A DNA stretch of 64,000 bases from the NCBI GenBank assembly GCA_951406725.2, contig OX597823.1, positions 1,550,001-1,614,000 on the forward strand, in the 5' to 3' direction. Positions 42,098 through 55,756 of the stretch are shown piece after piece. The notes below the pieces were generated by a model. It was not told the DNA's origin and made no database searches. It saw only the letters and a program-made list of their open reading frames with translations. Both the position numbers and the translations under genes were made by a program. The stretch is from Octopus vulgaris (taxonomy: Eukaryota). Position 1 is the first letter of the stretch, and each line of letters starts with the position of its first letter.

Positions 42098-43411
42098 GCG
42101 ACACGTTTCTTTCAGTTTCCGTCTACCAAATCCACTCACAAAGCTTTGGTCGGCCCGAAGCTATAGTAGAAGACACTTACCCAAGGTGCCACGCAGTGGG
42201 ACTGAACCTGGAACCATGTGGTTGATAAGCAAGCTACTTACCACACAGCCACTCCTGCGCCTATAAAACTAATTCTTGTTTCCCCTCTTTCAGCCATTTA
42301 TTTATTTATGTTGTTGTTGCTCCTGCTGTTATTTTTATTATTGCGTTTATACGGAACATTAGGTTGTGAGGTGGATTGGTAGGCGGTCCAAGAAAAAAGT
42401 CCGAGACTAATTTGTTGTAGTTTTGTAGGTAGTTTAGGAGCAATAAATGGGGCAGCAGGTTTTGATATCTAGAGAGGAGTTGTTTTGCTGCTTTGGATAC
42501 AAAGGGAGTCTTGTTGCGTGACATTACATCACCTCTGTTATTATCGGTATCAATTGAAAACCAGGATGTATTGAATATTGAATGCGTCGATGTTTCTCCC
42601 AATGAGGATGTGATACTATTTGTGACAGAGTTCACGTACTGTAGCTGAGGTGTAATGTCACTACCGGCAGAATGGTACACATATTTTGAGGGTAGTTTTC
42701 TAGCAAGATATAGGCCAGCAGATTTTGATACCTAGAGAGGAGTTCATGTAGTTTTGGTGGCTGGGTTTGCTTTCTTTTGGTCTATGCATTCGTGTGTGTG
42801 TTTGTGTGTTAGCTTAAGTTGTTTTGGACGTAAAGGGAATCTAGTTGCGATGATATGACATCACGTGTATGTATGTATGTATGTATGTATGTATGCAGGA
42901 ATGTATGTATGTATGTATGTATGTATGTATGTATGTATGTATGTATGTATGTATGTATGCATGCATGTATGCATGAACGTATGTATGTATGTATCGCGGG
43001 TAACTTTGGAAGAATACTTCTTTTTGTTTTGTTTTGTTTTTACCGTTGATATCATCAGGAAATATGGTTTGCATACAATAATTATATTTTAACTTTTATA
43101 TGAAATTTCTTGGAGCTTAAGTAAAATGATGAAATGAATAATCATTTTCAGAAAAAAAGATATTTATGATCTTAAAATAAAATTAGATTAAATAAACTCT
43201 TGCCTTAATTACTCAATAACTCTCTGTCCTGTGTCTTCTGCCACCAAGCCTGCTATGTGCACTCATCAAAGAGTTTTAACTCTCCCCCCTCTCTCTCTCT
43301 ATCTATCTATCTCTCTTTTACTCTCTGTCACCCTCCCTTTCTAAATGATAAAGAAAACGTGACTGAAGAAATCAACCAACCAATACTTAAATCTTCAATT
43401 CGAGGTAGAAA

Positions 43412-44000
43412 TGCGGCGAGCTGGCAGAATGGTTAGCACTGTGGATAGCAATGCTTCTGTCACTCTTTACGTTTGAGTTCAAATTCCGCCGGGGCCAACT
43501 TTCTTTTTCATCTTAGTGAGTTCAATTAAATTAAGTACCAATCACGTACTAGAATCCATGTAATCGAACGGCCCACTTCGAACTTCCAGGCCTTTTACCT
43601 AGAAAGGATTATATAAAGACAGGGTTTTTATGTAATTACACCTGAGCCCCTATGTATAAACATAGCTAATAAAAACATTCATAATGTTCTTTGTCCTGTA
43701 GTTTGCTTTGGCCACTACAGCCAGGCCATACTGGAGCACGCAAGTGTATAAAAAAAACGTTTTTTGAAATGATCAAGACTAGATTGAGTATTGTTAGAGG
43801 TTAGCAGGCTGGAGGAAACGCTTAGCGGTATCTCGCCCGTCTCTACATTCTGAGTTCAAATTCCGCCGAGGTTGACTTTACTTTTCATCCTTTCGGGCTC
43901 GATAAATTAAGTACCAGTTGCATACTGGTGTCGATCAAATCGACTGGCCTCTTTACCAAAAATTTCTGGCCTTGTACCTAGAGTAGAAAAAATTATTATT
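43412..44000 (+). mobile_element. Two older SINE family A copies (43412-43610 and 43805-44000); another at 47057-47270
   Basis: Homologous to 28711-28945. Confidence 0.8.
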
Positions 44001-44409
44001 AGAAGACCCTTGTTTAATGTCACATGCAGTCGGTTCGAACCAGAAACTGCAAATTGTGAAGGAATCATCATAAATACAGTGCTTCTGCATATTGTATCAG
44101 ATTATTCTGCACTCACAGAATCAGTTTGGTTTGAATTTGTCCTGAGTGTCATCGAGTAGAGGTAAAATCTCGCTTCGATGAATACACGACTCACCTGCCA
44201 TATTCAATAGCAACAATTCTAAATAACCAAAACCTCTGAGAAATCCACTTCATTCGCTCCACTCTGTAAACCTGGATTTACAACTCATTTAATTGAAGAA
44301 TGTGCGTCGATCAAGTTTAAGGAATACAAACCATTTCTATTTATAGAAATACAAGCGATAACAACAATGAACTCCGTCAGTGGCATTTATTTTCACTATA
44401 GTAACACTT

Positions 44410-44720
44410 GGAAGCGCAATGGCCTAGTGGTTAGGGCAGCGGCTCGCGGTCGTAGGGTCGCGGTTTCGATACCCAGACCGGGCGTTGTGAGTGTTTATTG
44501 AGCGAAAACACCTAAAACTCCACGAGGCTCCGGCAGGGGGTGGTGGCGATCTCTGCTGTACTCTTTCACCACAACTTTCTCTCACTCTTTCTTCTGTTGG
44601 CCTGCTCGCTTAGCCAGCGGGGTGGCGTCATTTGAAGGCTAAAACAATGCGAAGCGCATTGTGATCAGCGATGTGTAACAACATCTGATAGCCTGGTCGG
44701 TCACAGTGATTACGGTGATA
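44410..44720 (+). mobile_element. tRNA-derived SINE family D
   Basis: A box tggcctagtgg, B box gtttcgatacc; the 3' tail (ttgtga.cagcgatgt...aacatc...ctggtcg) is shared with the SINE at 12906-13196. Confidence 0.8.
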
Positions 44721-46079
44721 ATAACAATTCTAAGGTGCTGGTGTTATTTCGTCGCCCATTGTAGCTAAACCTGTTACTTAAGGAGTTCCCTTGGAGCAAA
44801 AAAATACTTTGAGTAATATTGGAAACTATAACTAGGGCAGAAATTTTTCGCCGGGATTATAATGCCTCGTTGGATTCGTTCTGCGAAATATAAAACGGGT
44901 GTTAGGGTGATGGGATGACCGGATGTTTTGTGGAGTTTTAGTTTTCCTCAGAAATATAATAGTTAAATAACGTACTATATTCATATTTAAAATTTATGCT
45001 TAAAAAAATAAATTTTTTATCAGGTTGATATATGAGTGAGAACTTCAGAACCATCGCAATTGATGTAGCAAGGTCCAATATAATTTCATTATAAAAGTCC
45101 ACAGCTTCTTAAGTAATTTCACAAACAGGGCACTAACCCACACAAACGTCTGGATGTGTGTAAGAGGACATTGTGTTGTGAGTGGAAAACATGACTTTGC
45201 TGGTGCAGCAAGGTGCAATATAATCTCATAAAAGAAGTCCTCGCCTTCTTAAGTAATCTCTGTAAACATCTAGCAGAAGAAGCACCATTCCACACAAATA
45301 TCTAAAAAGGTTTTTATGCTGGATGGGAATAGTTTAAGAATATTTGGATAATCAAACCACTTTTCCAAATAGATTTCTGTTTAATTAAAATAATTTTTTT
45401 GTTTCGCTTCCAAAACATGTGAAAGGGCCGATTGTAAGAGGCCTTTTGTTGAAAGGAGCGGGAAACTTTGGGAACTTGTTATAAAGGGTGGAGACGTGAT
45501 GGTCACGGTTTCGATCATTGGTAGAGCCAAAGTTGATATCGGAATAAACAACTAAAGATTTTAATACAAATGTACGTATATGAAATACATATGTACATAT
45601 ATGAGGGAGTGAGAAAAGGGAGGGAGAGAAGGGGGAGAAAGAGAGAGAGAGCTAATGTGAATGAGTGTGTGTGTGTGTAATTGTGTCTACGTGCATACGT
45701 CTGTTCAGTTTCCTATTCAGTGCTAATAGCACTGTAAGTGCAATAACTTCAGTCCAGGCGCGGGGAAACAACCTTACTTATCTCCCTTTGAAGTCGTCTC
45801 CTAACGTCACCAATTCCACCTCAAGAATTCCTCTTATCATCAACGATGCCAATATTGTCAAATATGTCATAGTCAAAACGACTAATTATAAATTAATTAA
45901 TATTTATTTCGTCAATTATGGGGTCAGCCACAGTTAAAACAGAGCAGTAAAAGTTGAATAGAGAAACAGATCAAATAAGAGGCAAATAAGAAGTGTCTGG
46001 TGTTCTTCCGCTTGTTTTCTGGTTCATCTCATTTCTTGAAAATCCGATTTTAGTTTATAAGACACAAATTCAAACTTAC

Positions 46080-46200
46080 TCTTAAAAAATAAATTGTGAG
46101 CAAAAATTAGGATGAGAAATATTTCCCGATCGTATCTTAGCAGCACTAAACAAAAAAAAAAAAAAAGAGGATTTTAGTCGGGGGGGGGGGTGTATTTAAA
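46080..46200 (-). promoter_or_regulatory. Candidate core promoter and non-coding exon 1 of the cerebrin/PDF-like gene
   Basis: The ATG exon has an acceptor, so an upstream exon must exist. On the minus strand there is a TATA-like TTTAAATA (46200-46193), about 90 nt of unique sequence, then AGA|GTAAGT (46079-46074), all within a comparatively repeat-poor stretch. Inferred only. Confidence 0.35.
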
Positions 46201-48936
46201 GAGGAATTTGAAGGTGGAATGTGAGAATAAGCATTAAAAATATTCAAATCACAATTGCAGCCGTTGTGCTTTGTAGAATAAACGTAGCAAAGCATTAATA
46301 AAAGAGGTATCTTTATATTTAGGCCTCAATTATTTTGTTCATTGTGTTCGTTTGAAAAACATTTTGCTTTAAAAAAGAAACCAATTCAATTCAGATTCAC
46401 AGTTCAATCGTAGTTTATCGATCGCTCAGAAGAAATATGAATAAGAAGGATTCATTCGTGAATGATAGTCCAAGGGAGATAATTAAATTTAATACGAACT
46501 ATTTTGAGAGTTATTTCCCTTACGCAGGCTGTAAATTCCGCTTTTCTTCATTTTTTAAAAATATTTTTATATCATATTTTCATAATTTTCATTCTTTTTT
46601 TTTTTGTTTTAACTTCCTTATCCTTTTATATTTTACATATATTTAAGATCTCAACTTTTTCTGAGTTTTCGCATCTTCACTAATTCATTTTCATTCACAT
46701 CCTGCCCACATTTGGTAAGTCCTTGTATCGAAATGTCGTTTCTCTCATCAACGATCGTGACCCGTTGAGATTAACGGTTTTAAAAGCAAATTTGAGAGGA
46801 ATACTTTCGCCATAAATGATAGAAATGATTTGTGGAAACAAAGGGAAAAGCAACATTATAAGGCACAAAAAGAAACTGACTCTCCCGGACACAACAGAAT
46901 TTCTCTTCTGGAATCCTGGAATGGCGCACCAGAAAAAGGGCTGCGCATTTATTCGATCATATCACCAACTCCTAAACTCCTAAACTAAGCATCCACCCAA
47001 ACACACACTAGTATACACGCGTGCGCGCGTGTGTGTACACAGGTGTACCTTATAAAGGAGAGCGTGAGAAATCGTTAGGACGCCGGACAAAGTGTTTAAC
47101 GGCATTTCTTTCGGATTTTTGTTCGGAGTTCAAAATTCCGCCGCGTCGAATTTCTTTTTGATCCTGTCAGGATCGATTAAATAAGTACCAGTTATGCACT
47201 GGGATCGATGCAATCCACTAGCCCCCAACTTACCCCCGACCTTACAATAGTTGGCCAGTAGAAAGGATTACATAAATATTTATACATACAAATACATGCG
47301 CGCGCCCGTGTGTATATGTGTGTATATATTTACGTATGTATGTATGCTTGTATTTACGTCTGTATGTGTCTACGTCCGACACCTCCGTACGCACGTATGC
47401 ATATCACGATTCACAGTTCCCACGGTCAAATCCTACTCGAACAAAAGAAGCAAAGTTTTCGTGTTTAAAGATTCAGGACGCAGAGATGTTGCGATTGGCG
47501 GAAATTGTTTTTCTTTGGACAACAAACAAGTAACGAGATCCAACTGCGAATGAAATAACACGGGTCTTGGGATATTACCTGCCCAACATTCGAAACGATA
47601 TCCCAAAATTGGAAGTAGTAAAGGAGAAGGTAAGACGAGACCCGCTGCGATGTTGAAATCTGGGCTTTTTTCAGAATTCCAGTCAGGCCTTCCCTCACAA
47701 CAGTCAAAGAAATAAATATGTGAAGTCAATGAAGAAGAAGAAGAAAAAACTTGTTTATCGCACGAGTGAAATTGCGTTGAAGACAGGAGAAAGAGTTAGC
47801 TAAATACGAAGATTAATTAATAATTAACAAATACGGAGATTAATTAAACTAATAATAAACATTAATCTTTTCCGATTAACAATGATGCGTTGTTTATCCT
47901 CAGTTTTCGTAAGTGAATGAGGGACAAATCTCGCGGATTAACAGCGATTTGGTTTAAGCCGTTAGAACGGAAGATAAAATTGCCTGCGATATTTGCTTGA
48001 GTCTCTGCGTTCGAATCGCCATTGAAGCCAACTTCGCTTTTGGCCTCTTCGAGATGGTTGTGAGCTCCATTGAGTAAAAATGTCAGGCACGAGTGTGCCG
48101 AGATGACATAGCGGTTTCAATTCCTGTTTAAAGTTAATTAGCTTCAACAAACATCGCTATTGTCTTTGAGAAAAAATCTAAATGTTATTTTCCCATCTCT
48201 AATAAACTTGAGCGATAGTTTGAGCGAGAGGAGAGGAAATTATTAGAATATTTACTGCAAACAATGACGAGAGATGAATATCAATAAAACTGACTTCATT
48301 TGTCTCCCGGTTCAATCTCTTGACTTGGTCATTGCACATCGTTAATGGAATCCACTCTGTTGCAAGACTGGAACCAGGTCTTTGGTTTAAGAATATCTTC
48401 CATTTTTTTTTACATCTTGAAATTACTGAAAGAACGCTAACAGTGCAGCCGACCCTTATTTGACGAAACCCCTCTTCCCGTCTTCTTCTCCTTCTTTTTC
48501 TTCTTCTTCTTCTTCCTTCCTCTTCTTTTTTCTTCATGATTTTCTTCATTTTTAAAAAAAGTCATGTTTTGTGTTCATAAAAAAAGCAATTCTTCAAAAA
48601 TTAAAGAAATCATTTTCTTTCTAATTGTGAATTGAGAGAATCGGTGGAGCGCCGGAGAGTATTCATGTGTTGAGGTATTTTAAAATGAATTGAATTCACC
48701 AATTCTTATGATCAACCTTCAGGATAGAAAGGGATCGATGGAAATATCGTTCATCAGTAAAAACAAAGTGAAAGAGAATAGGGTGGCGGGTGGGTAGAGT
48801 GGTGGGTGGGTGGGTGTTTCGGTTTAGGAAGAAGGTCGTTGCTTCTCCTTTTGTTTCGGTCCCAAACAAAAGAAATAGGATTCAATACCTGCGATTTGCA
48901 TGGTGATCGCTTATAAGCTTTAAGCTTTTAAGATAC

Positions 48937-49002
<66 letters not shown>

Positions 49003-49122
49003 TAGAATTGTAAAAATCGACGCTGCTTCACAAAAACCTTCGCAGTAAAAGCAAACGAAAGTTTACAAAAACAACACCTCGAACTAATTATAATTCTTAA
49101 ATCTGACGGAATGAAACAGGTT

Positions 49123-49193
49123 GGTGCGCTAGTGTAATGGTAGCATTCCTGTCGCGGAAACAAAGAGGTGTGGGTTCGAGTCCCACGCGTATG
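49123..49193 (+). pseudogene. tRNA-derived sequence (pseudo-tRNA or SINE head) between direct repeats
   Basis: A box TAGTGTAATGG, B box GGTTCGAGTCC, T-arm GTGGG/CCCAC, acceptor GTGCGC/GCGTAT; anticodon arm broken (loop CGCGGAA, no U33). Confidence 0.7.
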
Positions 49194-49351
49194 GGAAAAC
49201 CTGCTTTTATCTGTCGAGGGCTTATATGCTCCATTCTCAGACTATTTTCTTTATTCATTGTGTGGTGATCGCTTATAAGCCTTAAGCTTATAAAATACTA
49301 TTACTATTATATAAAGAATTGTAAAAATCGACGCTGCTTCATAAAAACCTT

Positions 49352-49400
<49 letters not shown>

Positions 49401-49867
49401 CAAGAAGAAGAAGAATTTCTGAAGTAGCCTAGCATTACCTTTGCTTCGGTTTTATGTATAGTTACACAGCTTCAAATAAACCTACCCATTTACTACATCT
49501 AACCACGAGCTTGAACCTCGAGGAGTCTGGGTCAAACTGTTTTCATCCACACATGTAACTCACAGTAAATGTGTTGAGTGCCCTTCTTCTTCTTCTTGTC
49601 TACTTAGTCGTATAGATAATATACATTTCATATACAGCACATTCACACATATATATCTATATAGACTAAGAAACGCTAACTCAGAGAGTGTTCTGCAAAC
49701 TAATCTCTCTACCAACTCAATCATTTCCAGTCTTTTACAAAAACAGGAAAAGAAGATTCTTTCATTGTTTTATTTCAAACAAACAAAACGTTTTCACATT
49801 TGCTTGACGCCATTAGGCAATGTTTGTTCTTTCTGTTGCTTACTTCGGTATCAATCGGTTGGCTGAG

Positions 49868-49941
<74 letters not shown>

Positions 49942-50291
49942 TGTGTAAATAGATAGATTTAATCTTATATCTGTTTCTCTAATTATACACACACACAAAT
50001 ACACACACGTAGATATCTGTGTGTATGCCTGTTCATTTCTATGCGTGTATGTATATACTCATGTATATAGTTAAACGTAATTGTTTTGCATTTATTAAAC
50101 AAAAGAACATTAAGCGAATGAAAGAATCATTATATATATATAATACGTATTGTAGGTTATTGACAGTAACTTCGAAGTGTCACCGCTGATGACTTATTGA
50201 CAATAAGTTACTGACGGCAAAATTATCTACAATATAAGTGGGGTATCTCTCTTCTCTTTCTCTCTCTCCATCTCCCCCTCTCTCTCTCTAT

Positions 50292-50327
<36 letters not shown>

Positions 50328-50331
<4 letters not shown>

Positions 50332-50512
50332 GGAGTAAGCACATAAATGTGAAACAAGGTGGACAAAAAGAGTACTCAAATACCAGAGGTAGAGTAATAT
50401 GCTTTATTTAAAAGCAGCAGAAATATTCTAACAAAACTGTCCGACGAAAGGGAACGTAAAGCTCTGGGCAACAGTTTTTGTGATATTTCTGCTGCTTTTA
50501 AATAAAGTATAT
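50328..50512. mobile_element. Penelope-like terminal-repeat fragment with fold-back and decayed hammerhead (50436-50475)
   Basis: Inverted copies of ctttatttaaaagcagcagaaatat enclose ACTGT-CCGACGA...ACAGT. Confidence 0.7.
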
Positions 50513-50554
50513 GTGTTGTGTGTGTGTGTATGTAAGCATATATATATATATATG

Positions 50555-51861
50555 TCGACATCGATAGCTCGGAAATCATACATGCGAGGAAATTACTTCT
50601 TTTTTTCGAGGTTTCCACCTGGGTTAAGAAGACTGAGGATTCTCTTTTCGATGTACCGATGGGTGCATTCGACGGGGCTGAGTTATGTATGCTCATAGGA
50701 GCCTTTATTCTCCATAATCTAAAAATAGAATTCCCATTTATAGATGCAGGTTTATATAGGGATCACGGCCTTATAGCCACCTATAATTTAAACGGCCATG
50801 AATCAGATAAGCTAAGGAAGGATCTTATTGCTTTCTTCCAAAGGATGGGCTTACGGATTACGATAGATACTAACCTGAAAAGTGTAGATTTTTTAGATGT
50901 AAATTTGAATATAAGGTCGGATATATTTAAACCTTACCGTAAGCCTAATGACACGCTATTGTATATTAGCAAAGAATCAAACCATCTGCCAGTTATTCTT
51001 CGGAACTTAGTCAGCAATGTAGGTAGGCGAATATCGTCAATTTCTTCGGATGAGGCAGCATTCCATAATGATGCACCTTATTACGATAGCACATTAAGGA
51101 ATAGTGGATTCTCTGAGGAGATCCAGTATAACCAGCTTAATGCTGGTAGTAATGCTGCGCGCAGAACTAGGACCAGGAAAGTTTTGTGGTTCAACCCAGC
51201 TTTTAATTTGGCCGTAAAAACAAACATAGGTAGGGAATTCTTGAAATTAGTCTCTAAGCATTTTAAGCAGGGCCATATATTCTATAGAATATTTAATAGA
51301 AGAACCCTTAAGATTAGCTATTCTTGTTGCAGGAATTTCGCCTCTTACGTTAGCCAGTACAACAGGAATTTAATTGATATTAAGCATAGTACCGATCCTC
51401 TTTAAAAATGCGATTGTAAAGATGAATCCTCCTGTCCGTTGGAAGGAAAATGTTTGGTAATAGGGGTCGTTTATAGAGTCAAGGTGCAAATAGAAGGCTC
51501 ATCTGAATATAAGACTTATACAGGGGCTTCGGAAAATTCTTTTAAAACGCGATTTTATTCGCACAAAAATTCATTTCGATATCCAGAAAATAGGAAGAAG
51601 ACCAGCTTGGCTAAATATGTCTGGGAACTAAAAGAAAAAGAAGCCCGACCTTTCAACATGTCATGGAGCATTCTAGATAGAGCGGCACCATACATGCACG
51701 GGGCACACAAGAAATATTTTAAATGCAATCTCTGTTTGTTAGAGAAATATTTCATTTTATTCAAAGACAATAATTCTTTGAATCAAAGAAGCGAACTTTT
51801 GAACTCATGCAGGTACGCAACCAAATTTAAAATGTCGAACATAAATATCCCATATGGATAG
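50555..51861 (+). pseudogene. Penelope-like element (Neptune-type) RT plus Cys-rich linker plus GIY-YIG, 5'-truncated
   Basis: FDVPMGAFDGAELC, YRDHG (YRDD mutated), VDFLDV, PYRKPN, WFNP; in-frame TAA at 51403; then CDC....CPLEGKC...VVY...YTG.S..FKTR...H..SF and CNLCLLEK. Confidence 0.93.
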
Positions 51862-52826
51862 CGTATATTTTGTCTTTTTGAATTTTTGATTCTTGGGCTA
51901 GTCTTTAATCACACCGATGGATTTGCTTCGCGCTATGCAGGTTTTATTCCGCATAGCAAATACATATATTTTGTTTATATTTTGTTTATATTTCGACATA
52001 TTCCTTAACAAAAACCTTCGACTTACTTTATTTCATTTTATTATATTGTATAGGCTCACTTTGGTAATTTAATTTATAGATAATCCAATATAGGGTGTTA
52101 TATTTTGCATGTCTTTCGTCTAAATTTTTATTATTATGCACTCAGCAATTTTTAAAAATAATGTTGTCAGATCTAGGCATTTTTATGTGAATATGTGTAT
52201 TGGCATGAATATGTATTTGTAAGCATACGTCTATGTATATGTGTAAGTGAGCGTATGTTTGTGCTTAAGCACATACATACATGAATGTATATGTATGCAT
52301 GTATCCACTTGGACTTGTGTGTTTGAGTACTTGTCTCAATATATGTGTCCGTATATGTGTATTTACTGCTTACATAACTTGTATACAAACATTCGTGGCG
52401 TATAGTCAGAATGTTATTATGTTTTCTTCTTTCCTTTTCTTTTTTCCTTTTCTCTTTGGAGCGCAACCGGATGGAGGATGCCCGAGATCCTAGAAGACAT
52501 ACATACACACACAGACAGAACGGATTTTATATAATAGATGTGTGCTAGGTACTAGGATGTTTGTGTGTCTGTCCATCTATGTACTCGTGTGATTTAAATA
52601 TTCTAAAATGGTAGTCTTTGTTTTTGGTGATGTTTATTGTGGTTGTTGTTGTTTCCCTTCTCCTCCTCAGAGGATACACACTGCAATACAAGTCAAATTT
52701 GCTTACGCTGATATTTATTTACATCCATCTTGTATACAAACACTGACTCGGCCAGGCAGCCAGGCATTAATGCGCACATGTAACTACTGACAAACCTATC
52801 TCTCACACTCACTTACTTTCTCTCTT

Positions 52827-52889
<63 letters not shown>

Positions 52890-53062
52890 GTATCTATCTA
52901 TCTATCTATCTGTCTGTACATATATATAAATATATATATATATATTTTTATTATTTTTTTATTATTTTATCTAGTTTCAGCTCACGAGCTGTGGCCATGC
53001 TGGGGCACCACCATTTGGTGTTGCTACATGATTTTACTTCACGAATGCTTTTTAGCAATTAC

Positions 53063-53063
53063 C

Positions 53064-53094
<31 letters not shown>

Positions 53095-53127
53095 ATATAT
53101 ATATATATAAATATAAGTATATATATA

Positions 53128-53174
<47 letters not shown>

Positions 53175-53208
53175 TATGTATATATATATATGTATATGTA
53201 TATATATA

Positions 53209-53299
<91 letters not shown>

Positions 53300-53423
53300 T
53301 ATACATATATATTAATATGTATATGTATATATGTGAATATATATGTATATACATATATGTATTTGTGTGCATATATATATATAAATATATATACATATAT
53401 ATATATGTGTGTGTGTGTATATA

Positions 53424-53478
<55 letters not shown>

Positions 53479-53585
53479 ATAAATATATGTACATATATAC
53501 ACATTTACGTTTGTTTATATTTGTATTTATATGTATGATTTTATGTATGTACTTATGCATGTATTTACATGTATATATGTATAAT

Positions 53586-53644
<59 letters not shown>

Positions 53645-53790
53645 ATGTATGTATGTATGTATATGTATATATGTATGTGTGTATGCATGCATGCATGTAT
53701 GTATGTATATCTATGTGTATGTAAGTGTGTATGTATGCATGTATGTATGAATGGATGGATGTATGCATGCATGCATGTGTGTATGTATAT
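53063..53790. repeat. Compound (TA)n/(TG)n/(TATG)n microsatellite
   Basis: Read directly from the sequence. Confidence 0.95.
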
Positions 53791-54347
53791 GTAAGATTGT
53801 GCAAACATGCATCAATATGTAAAGTAAACACGTCAAACAGAATTGTTATGTAAATAGACAGAAAAGGAGACCAATTCCCTCCCCGACCCCCCGACCCCGC
53901 TATCTCTTCTTTCGACTCCATCAGCTTTGACAGACAGCCTGTCACTTCTCTCATCCCCCCTCTCCCTCTCTCTCTCTCTCTCCCCTCTCTCTCTCTTTCT
54001 CTCTCACATAATCTCGACCTTTACAGTTTAATATACATCACTTTTGAGTTGATCGTAACATTTGGTGGTGGTGCCGTCATTAATGTATCTATAACGACAA
54101 AGATATTATCAACCACTCAGCTAATCAATATTTATCTTATGTCGAGTTTATGTGATACAAAAACAGAAGCAGCAGGCTCTTGATTCCTAGGGTTATAGAG
54201 TTACTCGTGTGCACCCAGCCATGGCTGACTCGGATCTCATGTAAGGTACCTCACTGACTCTCATTATATATATATATATATATATTTTCGGAATGAGATA
54301 AAAAAAACCCAAGTCTGTGAAGATTTTAGAACATTTATAAATAGAAG

Positions 54348-54395
54348 ATCTTACAGCTGTTTCCAGGATATTTATTAAATCCCTTCATCGGAGAC
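54348..54395 (-). ncRNA. Minimal type I hammerhead ribozyme variant (U4C core, palindromic stem III)
   Basis: GTCT-CCGATGA-AGGGAT(ttaataaat)ATCCTG-GAAA-CAGCTG-TA-AGAT. The palindromic ACAGCTGT stem III is typical of Penelope-associated dimeric hammerheads. Confidence 0.7.
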
Positions 54396-55367
54396 GTTGT
54401 GAGAAAATGGTTAAACAATAGTTAATTTAGATAAGATACGAAATAGAGAGTGGAGTGGAAGAATGAAAATAGATGTGAGATATGCAGGGATATTGCATCT
54501 GTAGATCCATTATTTAGTCAGAATGGTATACATATAAGATTCCAATACCTTGTGAGTAAAATCCAATAGTATTTAAAATTGGTCATTCCAAGTACAGAGT
54601 TTGAACACAGGGTTTTATTTAAAGTGACCTAAAAGTAGGGAATGTATGTCAAATCGAAAACAGGAAGAGAGGAAAAAAGAAAAGAGAAGAAAAAAGAGAA
54701 GAAAAAAGAAGAAAAATTCCGCCGAGGTCGACTTTGCTTTTCATCCTTCCGGGGTCGATAAATAAAGTACCAGTTTCCCACTGGAGTCGATGTAATCGAC
54801 TTAATTCCTTTGTCTGTCCTTGTTGGTCCCCTCTATGTTTAGCCCCTTGTGGGCAGTAAAGAAATACATATATGTGTGTGTGTGTGTGTGTGTGTGAATG
54901 TGTGAATGTGTGTGTATATGCCTGTAAATGTATTCGCGTGTGCGTATATATGTTTATGTCACTCCGTGTTTCGTAATGAATGGATGATAGACAGCGTCGC
55001 CGCCATTTACATAACTTATTCCTGGATATGCCTCTTATGCAATGCAGAAAAATATAACATTATGCAACAAATATGTGTGCATACGTTAACCCAGGTCAGT
55101 TCTGATCACACTGACGTTAGATCGAATGGTTTTTCATGGTCATCCATCTCTATTTCTCTAGAGCCTTCCCTCCATAGACACACAAATAGATGAGGAACGA
55201 GAGATAAAGAGATGCAAAGTGTGTGACATAAAACCTCCCACACTCACCATTCTTGATAAACTGCGAACGCATTTTGTGCACCAATCGACACTTTGATAGT
55301 AGCCGAAAACATTAGCTACAAAAAAGCACTATTATTAACCACCAGTTGCAGAAGTACCCTGGACATA

Positions 55368-55436
<69 letters not shown>

Positions 55437-55450
55437 CGTGTGTGTGTGTT

Positions 55451-55483
<33 letters not shown>

Positions 55484-55607
55484 ATGTATTATGTATGTAT
55501 ATATATATATATATGTTTGAGTGTGATTCCGTGTTTTGTAATGAATGGATGTGTGTGTGCGTGTATATGTATATGTATATATATATATATGTATGTATAT
55601 ATGTATA

Positions 55608-55648
<41 letters not shown>

Positions 55649-55659
55649 TATATAGAAGG

Positions 55660-55710
55660 AGCTTCTACAGGACTAGTACTGTTTCATTCAAGAGAAATCT
55701 TCAGGAAGCT
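55660..55710 (-). ncRNA. Type I hammerhead ribozyme (left arm of palindrome)
   Basis: AGCTTC-CTGAAGA-TTTCTCTTGAAT-GAAA-CAG TACTAGTC CTG-TA-GAAGCT: 6-bp stem I, weak stem II (U-U closing pair), GUA triplet. Confidence 0.75.
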
Positions 55711-55756
55711 TCCTGAAGATTTCTCTTGAATGAAACAGTACTAGTCCTGTAGAACT
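55707..55756 (+). ncRNA. Type I hammerhead ribozyme (right arm of palindrome, 1-nt deletion in stem I)
   Basis: Mirror copy of the 55660-55710 motif; the 3' strand of stem I reads GAACT instead of GAAGCT. Confidence 0.6.

Noticed and set aside
49123-49193. Functional tRNA gene
   Set aside because: The anticodon stem is mispaired, U33 is absent and there is no oligo-T terminator immediately after it.
50150-50220. CTGATGA followed by hairpin cttattg/caataag as a hammerhead
   Set aside because: No GAAA follows stem II; a remnant at best.
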